Position numbers and translations under genes: made by a program. Shown one piece after another: positions 10,084 through 19,046 of a stretch of 64,000 nucleotides of DNA. A model generated the notes under the pieces. That model was given only the letters and a program-made list of their open reading frames with translations. It did no database searches and was not told where the DNA came from. Numbering within the stretch: position 1 is the stretch's first letter; the number at the start of each line of letters is the position of its first letter. The stretch is from an uncultured Planctomycetaceae bacterium (GTDB taxonomy: Bacteria; Planctomycetota; Planctomycetia; Pirellulales; PALSA-1355): the NCBI GenBank assembly GCA_963793635.1, contig CAWCAX010000001.1:212699-276698 (forward strand), read 5' to 3'.

Positions 10084-10494
10084 ATGGCCGAGAATGACCT
10101 CAAGCTCGACGAGTCAGTTTTCCGTTTTCTTTTCACCTCGCCTGCGTACTTTGTGGGCGAATGCTCTGGCGAGGGTTTCTATTTAACGCCAGCATTTCAG
10201 AGTTTCGGGCGACGGCGCAATAGGTTTGATCCCTCAACGGATGGTTCGACGTTTGTGTTAGCCGTACGGGCAGAGCCCTCGACACGGGAATCCGTCCGCC
10301 TTGAAACGTATGAGTGGGTCGGCGAAGAAGCCAGCGCGCTATTGGGGGCCTTTTACGGCAAACTAATTCAGAACCTGGGCCACATCCAGTGCGGAAACAT
10401 ATCGACCGTGCCGACTGGGGTTCGCTCGCACATAACTGATAAGGAGCGAACTCCTTTCAACTCCCAGCCGCGGAAGCCCGACGGCCCGGCATGA
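10084..10494 (+). CDS. hypothetical protein, upstream partner of the HEPN-motif protein
   Basis: 136-aa ORF in AT-richer DNA. Its stop overlaps the next start (ATGA at 10491-10494). No recognisable domain. It could be the N-terminal part of a single gene split by an indel. Confidence 0.45.
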   Translation: MAENDLKLDESVFRFLFTSPAYFVGECSGEGFYLTPAFQSFGRRRNRFDPSTDGSTFVLAVRAEPSTRESVRLETYEWVGEEASALLGAFYGKLIQNLGHIQCGNISTVPTGVRSHITDKERTPFNSQPRKPDGPA

Positions 10495-11186
10495 ATCTAT
10501 CCGAGTGCGTTCGAGTGATTGACAGGTACATCGCAGAATACGGCAAGGGGAGCGCCGGATTGATCTTGCGTGCCGCAGAGTCGTACCGCGTTGCGCTGGA
10601 AAGCTTTCACTCGCGGCCCGAGATCGCGCTTGCGATGTTCTGCTCAACCCTTGAGGCCCTGCTCCCACTGAAAGATTACTCGGATATCGATCTGTACGAC
10701 AATTCCCTTGCGTTGGTATTCAAGAACATTGCCGCGTACTGCCCGAGAGGTGAGATTATCGTGCGAGGTCTGAAATCACGGCTATTTCAAATTAAGCGGA
10801 AGGTGGCGTCATTTGTTGGGCAATACGTCCCCGAAAGTTACTTTGAGCAGCCGGAGGCAGCGTTTCATTGGGGTATGGCGAAGAACAGGGCCGAACTCAT
10901 ATCACGTATTAGGTGCGTTTACGACGTGCGGAGCAGAGTCCTCCATGCTGGCGAACGCCGGGGGCTTTGGTACCTGGAGCATGACAGCGAACGGTCGGAG
11001 GTCGGAATCGGTTCACCCGTTTTGGATGACAAGGAGCTCCAGAAGTTATTGGCGGGTGCGCTCACGCTTACTGGGATGGAGCGCGTAACGTCCACAGTCC
11101 TTCGGGCAGTGATTGCCGAATGGCTGGGCGCGCCGATGGCGAGCAGGCCACCGACAGCATGTACTGTTCCGCCGACTGGGCGCTAG
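10491..11186 (+). CDS. hypothetical protein with HEPN-type Rx4H motif
   Basis: 231-aa ORF, predicted by eye to be largely helical. 'YDVRSRVLHAGE' gives R147-x4-H152 (nt 10929-10946), resembling the RxxxxH signature of HEPN RNase families. The N-terminal 'STLEALLPL' helix resembles the first HEPN helix. Confidence 0.5.
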   Translation: MNLSECVRVIDRYIAEYGKGSAGLILRAAESYRVALESFHSRPEIALAMFCSTLEALLPLKDYSDIDLYDNSLALVFKNIAAYCPRGEIIVRGLKSRLFQIKRKVASFVGQYVPESYFEQPEAAFHWGMAKNRAELISRIRCVYDVRSRVLHAGERRGLWYLEHDSERSEVGIGSPVLDDKELQKLLAGALTLTGMERVTSTVLRAVIAEWLGAPMASRPPTACTVPPTGR

Positions 11187-11320
11187 CGGCATCCGGCCGA
11201 CCGGTGCCTTCCGCGACGGTCGGCGGCGCGTAACAATTAACGAGCGTTGGGAGGACTCGAACCTCCTCCCGAAACACCGCTGTTCGTCAAGACGCACGAC
11301 TATTTGCTCTGGCTGATCCG

Positions 11321-11968
11321 TTATACGCAGCGCTTTTCCCAAAAACCTCCGACACGGCTACGCATTTCCCGAAGCGCACTGCTGAATCGCGAGCCATAAC
11401 TCGGCCAAGCCCAGCCCTTGCACCAATGGCTCACGTAGGCTATATCAAGTTGCTCTCGGCAGGTCGCGAGAACACCCGCAATGTCGCGCAGATGTTTCTC
11501 CGAGCCACCCTCGCGATAGAACACCATTTTCATGATAACCACGTCCTCCGGCGAGACGAAACACGCTTTGAAATCCTCTCCCGCGTGCAGATACCGAGCG
11601 CGTGCAAACCGTGACTCGTTGAAGGGAGTCGATTCCGGCACGATCACGTCGACTTTCAGGCCGGAAGCCGGATGAATAATGTTGAACTGCGTTCTGCTGC
11701 GCACGGCTTCCAGCGCCGCTGTTGAGCTAACGTAGAATTCGTCCTCCGGGAATCGCGCACAGAACTCCGCGATGGACGGCTCCGCCAAATCGACGACGAC
11801 GTCGATGTCGTTCGTGAATCTCGGCTCGCCGTAAAAAATTGTCGCGGTCGAGCCGGTCACAAAGTAGCGCAGACCCATCGCCTCGAGGGCGTCGGCGACG
11901 TGTCGTAACAGCTCAACCGGTTCGATGGGCGAGCCTCCGGGCCGCCGCGTCGCGGAAGCGAAGCTCAT
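11321..11968 (-). CDS. minimal nucleotidyltransferase-fold protein
   Basis: 215-aa ORF. 'YFVTGSTATIFYGEPRFTNDIDVVVDL' carries the GS...DxD signature of the pol-beta-like NTase superfamily. Confidence 0.6.
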   Translation of the reverse strand: MSFASATRRPGGSPIEPVELLRHVADALEAMGLRYFVTGSTATIFYGEPRFTNDIDVVVDLAEPSIAEFCARFPEDEFYVSSTAALEAVRSRTQFNIIHPASGLKVDVIVPESTPFNESRFARARYLHAGEDFKACFVSPEDVVIMKMVFYREGGSEKHLRDIAGVLATCREQLDIAYVSHWCKGWAWPSYGSRFSSALREMRSRVGGFWEKRCV

Positions 11969-12143
11969 CCCATTCCGGATGTTCCGCTCGCAGATGGCTG
12001 AGAATCATCCGGCGGGCGCTGAGGTACATTCCGTTGGAAATCCGCAGCCGCTCGGCCCCAGTCTTGGAGCGGATGATGGCGGCCATCTCTCGGTCGATGA
12101 CTTCGATGACCGGCGGATGCAGGGATTTCATTTCAGGGGCCAT
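11913..12143 (-). CDS. small partner protein of the NTase (putative antitoxin-like)
   Basis: ORF 11913..12179, probable start 'MAPEMKS' at 12143. Its 3' end overlaps the NTase start by about 56 nt. The longest start would abut the tRNA-Asp. Confidence 0.45.
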   Translation of the reverse strand: MAPEMKSLHPPVIEVIDREMAAIIRSKTGAERLRISNGMYLSARRMILSHLRAEHPEWDELRFRDAAARRLAHRTG

Positions 12144-12181
12144 TGCCACGGCCGTCGTTCTGTGCTTGATCCCCAGCAAAG

Positions 12182-12255
12182 CGAGGGTGGGGGGACTCGA
12201 ACCCCTGACCTCTAGCGTGACAGGCTAGCGCTCTAACCAACTGAGCTACACCCCC
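12182..12255 (-). tRNA. tRNA-Asp (anticodon GUC)
   Basis: The reverse complement folds as follows:
- Acceptor GGGGGTG/CACCCTC, with one G-U pair
- D-arm 'GCTCAGTTGGTTAGAGC'
- Anticodon stem CTAGC/GCTAG with loop CTGTCAC
- T-loop TTCGAGT. Confidence 0.9.
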
Positions 12256-12360
12256 AACCACAAGCGGAAACAGACTTTAGGCCGAAAACGCCCTAAGCGC
12301 CGCTCCCGCATGCGAGCCCTGAATTATAGCTCCGCCCCCTCGACTCGCAAGTGGAGGGAT

Positions 12361-12790
12361 TAAAGGATGAAGGCGGAAGGAGAAAGGATGAAGGCGGAAG
12401 GATGAAGGATGAAAAACGAAGAACGAACAACGAAGTTCCCAGCCCCCATTGCGGAAGGATGAAGAATGAAAAACGAGGAACGAAGTGCCGAGTTCGCCGC
12501 CATCGATGGGCACCGGCACCCCGTTGATCGCCGGCTATTGGCATTCCTCCCTAGTCCCTTTTGCGGAAGGCCGAAGGATGAAGGATGAAAAACGAGGAAC
12601 GACAACAAAGCTCAGAGTTCGCCGCCATCGATGGGCACCGGCACCGCGTTGATCGCCGGCTATTGGCATTCCTCCCTAGCCCCGAACCGCTAGCCCCCTT
12701 TGCGGAAGGATGATGGCGGAAGGATGAAGGATGACTTCGGAGAGCTCAGTCGAACCGAAAAACAAAGAACGAAGTTCCGAGTTTGCCTCA
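12361..12790. repeat. tandem/degenerate array of the composite repeat
   Basis: There are two near-identical units, 12449-12554 and 12561-12679. Their 65-nt cores 12490-12554 and 12615-12679 differ at one base. Partial 'ggatgaaggatgaaaaacga(a/g)gaacga' modules flank them at 12361-12445 and 12695-12790. Confidence 0.8.
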
Positions 12791-12848
12791 ACGCCGCGCT
12801 GCTGAAAAGGGGACAGGCACCTCGCAGCCATCGGAGCCAGTCCCCCTT

Positions 12849-14166
12849 TCAGCCCTCAAACGCACGCACCAGCACGGCGCTCGCCTGACCTTGCGGCGTG
12901 AAGTTCACGTTCAGCACCGAGCGGCCGGGCAATACGTCGGACGTGCGGACCACGTTGAGCGCACACTCCGGATCGGGCGTCGAGTAGTTGAGCACCGGAA
13001 ACAATCGGCCGTGCTCCAGCGACATCAGACTGGCCGCCAGCTCGACCAGGCCGCTGGCCGCGCCCAGGTTGCCGAAATAACTCTTGGCCGCGGCGACCGG
13101 CACGGGCCTGGCCCGCTCGGAGAAAACCTGGTTGATCGCCCAGGCTTCTTCCACGTCGGCGGTGCGCGTGCTCAGTCCGTGGGCGTGGATGTGGCCCACG
13201 TCGTCGGGCGTGGCGCCGGCGTCGCGCAGGGCCGCCCGCATGGCGTTGGCCAACGCCTGCCCGCGCTGGGCGACTCCCTGCCGATCGGAAACATTGCTCG
13301 ACGCGCTGCCCACAATCTCGCCGTAGATTTTGGCGCCGCGGGCCTGGGCCAGGCCCAGCTCTTCGATCACGATCGAGGCGGCCCCTTCGCCCAGCACCAT
13401 GCCGGTGCGGCCCAGGTCGAACGGGCGGCTGGCCCCGGCCGGATCGGCGCCGTTGCCGGCCACTTGTTCCTGGGTCAGCGTGTGGACCAGCTTCATCGGA
13501 TGCACGCGAGTGCCCGTGGCGCCGGCCACCATCAGGTCGGCATGGCCGCGGGCGATGGTGCGAAACGCCTCGCCGATGGCCAGGTTGGACGATGCCTCGC
13601 GCAGCGTCAGCGAGTTGTTCGGCCCGCGCATGTCGTTATAGATCGCCAGGTGGCTGGCCGGCATGTTCGGCAGATATTTGAGCAGCCACAGCGGAGTGAG
13701 CTGGGGCATGCCCTCGGTGGGCCAGCGGCCGAAGTCGAACTTGCCTTCCGGCCCCCGGCAGCGGAGGATGCCGGCGGTAAAATCCTCGGGCAGGGTGAGC
13801 ATGTAGTCGGAGCCGAACACGACGCCGCTGCGTTCGGGATCGAAACCGCCGGCGGCCCAGCCGGCCGAGGCCAGGGCGCGTTGGGCGGCGGCGACGCCCA
13901 TCTGGCACTCGCGGCACATGACCTTGAGCCCCTTGCGGAGCGATTTCTTCTTTTCGCCTTCCAAGCGGGCCGAAATCGTCGATCGAGCCGGTGAACTCGT
14001 GGGCTTCGGCGGCGAACGAGGTGGGCAGATAATCGGTCGGCACGGTTCGCAGGGGGCCCACGCCGCTGCGGCCCCCCAGCAGGGCCTGCCAAAAACCCTC
14101 GGGCGTATTGCCCAACGGGGTGATGAGTCCGATGCCGGTGATCACGACGCGTCGCGCAGGACCCAT
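12849..14166 (-). CDS. beta-ketoacyl synthase-like protein lacking the catalytic Cys (KS/CLF-like); one frameshift near 13970
   Basis: The N-terminus 'RRVVITGIGLITPLGN' (ORF 13636..14166) joins ORF 12849..13964. 'MRGPNNSLTLREASSNLAIGEAF' aligns to FabF 'LRGPSISIATACTSGVHNIGHAA', putting Glu at the Cys position. 'HAHGLSTRTAD' keeps the first His. 'KSYFGNLGAASG' has Asn where FabF has the second His. Confidence 0.75.
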
Positions 14167-14566
14167 TTTGCCTTCAATCCGTTGAAACGTGTCAAACCCG
14201 CGTCAGGAAACGAACCCGATCCGCTGGACCCGAAGGGGACCGTCCCATTTTGCTCCCAGGGCTTCGGCAAGAATCGGGACCGTCCTCGCCTTTGTGGCCC
14301 CCCGTTTAATTTAATGTTCCTCACACTGGGCTGTCGAGGCGAACTGTGCGGGCAACGGCACGCGAAAACGCTTTGTAACGACTTGTTGGATGCTGGCACA
14401 GGGCGGATTTTTGGCAGAGCGAAGTTCGCAGAAGGCCGGTCGCGGCGCGGGGCACGCTGGGCCGAGCTTTCTTCTCTTTGGTTCGCACCGGCGGTCGCCC
14501 GAAGTGCCGGCTATTGGCCCTTTGCAAGCGGGAGCGAACACAAAGTGCGAGGCGACGGCGCGACTT

Positions 14567-15819
14567 TTAATAGCGGCCGTGATAGGTGCTTGCCTCGTGT
14601 TTGACGGCGCGCAGGCCCGCCGTGGGGTCGGCCTGCTTGCCCTTGCTTTCGACGATGACCAGCAGATCGGCCCGGCCGGGACCGGACAGCGCCAACGGCA
14701 TCGACGAACCGGACGCGGGCGACGGCGACGAGACCACGCCCAGGCTGATCAGCAGCACCTGGTCGGCCGGCCAGCGGAAGCGCTCGTGCAGCCGGCAACT
14801 GGCGATTTGCGGCACTTTGATCTCGGTGCGCTGCCGCGGCGCGATCGTGGTGGGCACGTCGATCATCACCGGGCAGCAGCTTTTCGATCTGGTCGACGTT
14901 GCACTTGATCACCGCGTCGATGGTTTTGCCGTCGACCGACAACAGCGGGCTGAACTCGAGCGAAAAGCCCTCTTCGAGCTGCGCCATTTGCGGCTCGAAG
15001 CCGGGCCAGGCGCCCGGCTTGAGCAGGATGTCGCGCGTGTAGTTCTTCGATTGCGTGGCCGCCACGACCGTCGATTGGCCGTTGTTGACCAGCAGGTGGG
15101 GCGAGCTGTGTTCGCGAAAATCGGTGCGGCGGTGCAGGTCGGCCAGCATCAGCGAGGCGTCTTCCTTCGCCACCAGCCAGGCCTGGACTGCCCTGCGACT
15201 GCGCCGGCACCGAGTGCAGCATGCGATGGGCCTTGGATCGCCAGTTGGGGCTGCCCACGGTCAACACTTGCAGGCCAAAGGCGTGCGACTCGGCCTCGCT
15301 GTTGACGAAGCGATCGACCATCTCGCCGACCACGGCCTGAATCTGCGGCGTGTGATAGACCCGCAGCGTGCGCCGCGAGGCGCTGAGCAATCCGAGCGGC
15401 TCGGTATGCCAGGCTTCGTAGCCGGTGTCCAACAGAATCCAATCGACGATCGCCTGCTCGGGCCGATTGGTCGAGGTGACCCGCAGCGTGTAGGGGCTGA
15501 TGTCGTAATCGCGCCATTCCTGACCGGCGTCGTTGGGCAGCGTGCCCGGCCCCTTGGTCACGCGCGCGATCGGGCGTGCGCGAAAGCGGCGTGAGCGGCC
15601 GGATCGGTTCGTTGCTGCATCGGCGGCGCCGGCGTCCCGGCGCCGGGCTGCGCCAAGTGGGCAGGCCGGTGGCGGTGGTCGACCAGCCGCCCGGCGGCGT
15701 CTGACCGGCCACGGCGGCGCCGCCGAAAGTGCGCCGGAGCGGTCTGCGCCGCACTCCACTGGACCATCAGCAGCACGATCGCCGCCGCTTGAAACAATCT
15801 GGCTGACATCTGCTCGGCC
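14567..15819 (-). CDS. secreted hypothetical protein, reading frame broken several times
   Basis: The signal-like start 'MSARLFQAAAIVLLMVQWSAAQ' is at 15819. Protein-like segments lie in three frames: 'GTLPNDAGQEWRDYDISPYTLRV...', 'LVNNGQSTVVAATQSKNYTRDILLKPG...' and 'VMIDVPTTIAPRQRTEIKVPQ...LLVIVESK'. Shifts fall near 15700-15600, 15170 and 14870. Confidence 0.45.
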
Positions 15820-15973
15820 TCCTGACGCCCGAAGTGGAACGATCTTGTGCGCCCCGCCGGCCACGCGTGCCCCAGGGAGCCGCGCGGCTCGCTTGATAGC
15901 GGGGGCGAAGTATAGAAGCCGCCTGATTTTGGAGCAAGAGAAGTCGGGACGCGGCCGCGCAGCGCATCAGCGG

Positions 15974-16001
15974 GCCCACGGGTTGCAACCCGTGGGCTTA
16001 A
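15974..16001. repeat. REP-like palindrome (copy d, inverted orientation); putative fabF terminator
   Basis: 'gcccacgggttgcaacccgtgggcttaa' has a fully palindromic 22-nt core and lies 19 nt downstream of the fabF stop. Confidence 0.7.
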
Positions 16002-16020
16002 GGGCGCGGGGCACGGGCCG

Positions 16021-17269
16021 CTATTGCCGCAAACGGCCGACGATGATCGAGGCATTGTGGCCGCCGAAGCCGAAGCTGTTCGACATGGCCGCGTCCAGCC
16101 GCCGCTCGCGGGGTCGATTGGGGCGTGTAATCCAGATCGCACTTCGGATCGGGATTGTCCAGATTGATCGTGGGCGGAATCATGCTGTCGCGCAGCGCCA
16201 GCACGGTCAGAACCAGTTCCACGCCGCCGCTGGCCCCCAGCAGGTGGCCCAACTGGCTCTTGGTGCTCGAGACGCTCAGCTTCCGGGCGTGCTCGCCGAA
16301 GACGCGTCTTGATGGCGTGCGTTTCGGCCGGGTCGCCCAGCGGCGTGCTGGTGCCGTGGGCGTTGATGTAGCCGATCGTGCGTCGGGTCGAGCTTGCCGT
16401 CGCACCAGGGCCCGCTCCATGGCCCGGGCCGCGCCGGTGCCGTCTTCGTCGGGCTGGGTGATGTGGCCGGCGTCGGCGCTGGCGCCGTAGCCGAGCACCT
16501 CGGCGTAAATCCGCGCGCCGCGCGCGCTTGGCATGTTCCAACTCTTCGAACACGAGCATGCCGGCCCCTTCGCTGAGCACGAAACCGTCGCGATCGCGGT
16601 CGAACGGCCGGCTGGCCCGGGGCGGGTCGTCGTTGCGTTCCGACAGGGCCCGCATGTTGGCGAAGCCGCCGATGCCCATGGGCGTGATCGCGGCCTCGGT
16701 GCCGCCGGTGATCATCACGTCGGCATCGTCGTACTGGATGGCCTTGAAGGCGTCGCCGATGGCGTTGGTGGCGCTGGCGCAGGCCGTGGCCACGGCAGAG
16801 TTCGGACCGCGCAAGCCATATTGGATCGAGACCTGGCCGCTGGCGGCGTTGACCATCAGCTTGGGAATGGTGAAGGCCGAAACCTTGTCGGGCCCTTTGT
16901 GCAGCAGGCGCTCGACTTGGGTTTCGATCTCGTGCAGACCGCCGATGCCGGAGCCCAGGATCACGCCGCAGCGGAACGGCTCTTCCTTGGAGAAGTCGAG
17001 GCCCGAGTCCGTCACGGCGTCGATGGCGGCGACCATGGCGAACTGGGTGAAGCGATCGATGCCGCTTGGCGTCTTTGGCGGAGATGTAGTCGCCGGTCGA
17101 CCAATCGTAGATATCGCCGCCGAACTTGACCTTGTGCTGGGTGGTGTCGAACAGAGCGGATCGGATGGATGCCGCTCTCGCCCTGGAGAATGCGGTTCCA
17201 CAGATCGTCGACTTGGCAGCTCAGCGAGGTGACGGCTCCCAGCCCGGTGATGACGACGCGCCGTTTCAT
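16021..17269 (-). CDS. fabF: 3-oxoacyl-ACP synthase II, reading frame broken at least six times
   Basis: Conserved blocks are spread over three frames: 'MKRRVVITGLGAVTSL', 'IDRFTQFAMVAA', 'GPNSAVATACASATNAIGDA', 'YINAHGTSTPLGD', 'SSTKSQLGHLLGASGGVE' and 'SNSFGFGGHNASIIV'. Shifts fall near 17150, 17062, 16528, 16385, 16312 and 16110. Confidence 0.85.
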
Positions 17270-17273
17270 GCCT

Positions 17274-17510
17274 TTAAGACTGCGTGCTCTCGATGTACTC
17301 GACGGCCTGGCCGACCGTCTGGATTTTCTCCGCCGCGTCGTCGGGAATGTTGATGTCGAACTCTTCTTCGAGCTCCATCACCAATTCGACGGTATCGAGC
17401 GAGTCAGCTCCCAGGTCGTTGACGAACGACGTTTCGGGAGTGATCTTGTCTTTGTCGACGCCCAGTTGCTCGGCCACGATATCGATCACGCGTTCTTTGA
17501 CTGACGCCAC
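17274..17510 (-). CDS. acpP: acyl carrier protein
   Basis: Intact 78-aa ORF with the phosphopantetheine site '[19 protein letters not shown]'. Confidence 0.95.
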   Translation of the reverse strand: MASVKERVIDIVAEQLGVDKDKITPETSFVNDLGADSLDTVELVMELEEEFDINIPDDAAEKIQTVGQAVEYIESTQS

Positions 17511-17895
17511 GTTAATGGTCCTTCAAATTGCAATGCCAAACTCAGCCCGCCCCAGACCCAGGTAGCCCCAGATCCAGGAAGCACAAGTCGGCAAGTCCCC
17601 CAAAATGCGAAAATGCCAACGGGCTGCCCGCGGGCGGTACTCTTGCTCTGCGTACTCTTGCTGTGCCTTGCTTGCTTCGGAAATCTTGCTTGCTTCGGAA
17701 ACCACAAAGATAGAGGGTTTCCATAAGACAGGTCAAGATATACCCAAGTTTCTTCGACCTGTCTATACGTGTCCAGCGGTATCTTCGGCTCGCCCGGGTC
17801 GGGCCCCAGAATCGCTTGCGGCGCACAATGGCCACCCGGCGCCTGGCCAACTTCTCTTGAACAAGACTGACACCGTTAATCCGACGCGCCGGCGG

Positions 17896-18666
17896 TCAGG
17901 GGCACAATCCGCCGTCGACCGTCAGCACCTGACCCGTAATATAGCTGGCCGCGTCGCTGGCCAGGAACAGGACCGCATAGGCGATCTCCTCGGGCCGGCC
18001 CAGCCGCTTGGCCGGAATCCGCTTTTTGACTTCATCCAGCAATCCCTCGCCCAGGGCGGCGGTCATCTCGGTTTCGATGAAGCCCGGGGCGATGGCGTTG
18101 ACGGTCAGCTTGCGGCCGGCCAGTTCCTTGGCCACGGTCCGCGTCATGCCGATCATGCCCGCCTTCGACGCCGAATAGTTGGCCTGGCCCGGGTTGCCCA
18201 TCAGACCGGAAATGCTGGCGATGTTGATGATCCGGCCGTAGCGGCGCTGCATCATGGTGCGCGTGGCGGCCCGGGTGAACAGGAACGCGCCGCGCAGGTT
18301 GGTGTTGATCACGTCGTCCCAATCCTGGTCCTGCATGCGGGGGATGAGCGTGTCGCGGGTGATGCCGGCATTGTTGACCAGGATGTCGAGCCGTTCCCAT
18401 TTCTCGAGCACGGCTGCGACGACTTGCTCGACGCTCTCGGAGCTGGTCACGTCGCAGGCCAGCACTTCGGCCGTGCCGCCGGCAGCGCGAATGGCCTCGG
18501 CCGTCTCGGTCAGCTTGTCGACGCTGCGGGCGACGCAGGCCACCTTGGCGCCGGCGCCGGCCAGCGCCAGCGCGATCGAACGGCCGATGCCGCGCGAGGC
18601 GCCGGTGACGATGGCCGTGCGATCCTTGAGATCGACGTGAATCGGGCAGGGGGCTGGATCAGGCAT
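17896..18666 (-). CDS. fabG: 3-oxoacyl-ACP reductase
   Basis: Intact 256-aa SDR with 'TGASRGIGRSIA', 'NNAG' and 'YSASKAG', located in a fab operon. Confidence 0.9.
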   Translation of the reverse strand: MPDPAPCPIHVDLKDRTAIVTGASRGIGRSIALALAGAGAKVACVARSVDKLTETAEAIRAAGGTAEVLACDVTSSESVEQVVAAVLEKWERLDILVNNAGITRDTLIPRMQDQDWDDVINTNLRGAFLFTRAATRTMMQRRYGRIINIASISGLMGNPGQANYSASKAGMIGMTRTVAKELAGRKLTVNAIAPGFIETEMTAALGEGLLDEVKKRIPAKRLGRPEEIAYAVLFLASDAASYITGQVLTVDGGLCP

Positions 18667-18702
18667 GGCTGGCTATTCATTCTCGGTGGGCGAAGGAAAC
18701 AT

Positions 18703-19016
18703 GGAACCGCAAAGAGCAACGAGGACGGAGATGGAACCACAGAGACACAAAGACACCGAGAGATCAGGGAAGTAAATTCGGAGATCGGAAGGAATTCGGA
18801 TGGCTGACGCATAGCCAGCAAACTTCCTCGAAATCACGGTCTTTCCGACGCGCTCCCCTCGACTATCGCGGGTCTTCGTCCTTTCGTGTTTTTTGTGGCT
18901 ATTGCTCGGCTCCTCTACTTAATTCTCCGTCGTACGTTTTCCGTCTCTCTGTTCGTTTCTTCTCTGTGTCTTTGTGTCTCTGTGGTTCCATCTCTGCCCT
19001 CGTTCCTCTTTGCGTT
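18703..19016. repeat. long imperfect inverted repeat filling the fabG-fabD spacer (MITE-like element)
   Basis: Arms 18703-18763 and 18961-19014 share a perfect 27-nt core, 'gatggaaccacagagacacaaagacac' at 18730-18756, matching the reverse complement of 18966-18992. Weaker symmetry extends inward. Confidence 0.7.
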
Positions 19017-19046
19017 TTGGCGTCTTTGCGGTTTCAATCCCGCGAA

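Noticed and set aside
12277-12608. ORFs 12277..12519, 12293..12544 and 12360..12608 encoding 'FILHPSSF'-type peptides
   Set aside because: They are translations of the tandem GGATGAAGG/ACGAGGAACGA repeat array. They have low complexity and no start context, and the same peptide motif appears wherever the repeat occurs.
12361-12790. Possible CRISPR array
   Set aside because: The units are about 112 nt and directly abutting, with no unique spacers. The repeats are also found singly and inverted elsewhere, and no cas genes are in the window.
16021-17269. Programmed ribosomal frameshifting or other recoding as an explanation for split fabF, topA, fabD and similar genes
   Set aside because: There are far too many events per gene, no recurring slippery motif, and they occur in universally single-frame essential genes. 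The resolvable cases are homopolymer or short-repeat length changes, so assembly error is the simpler explanation.
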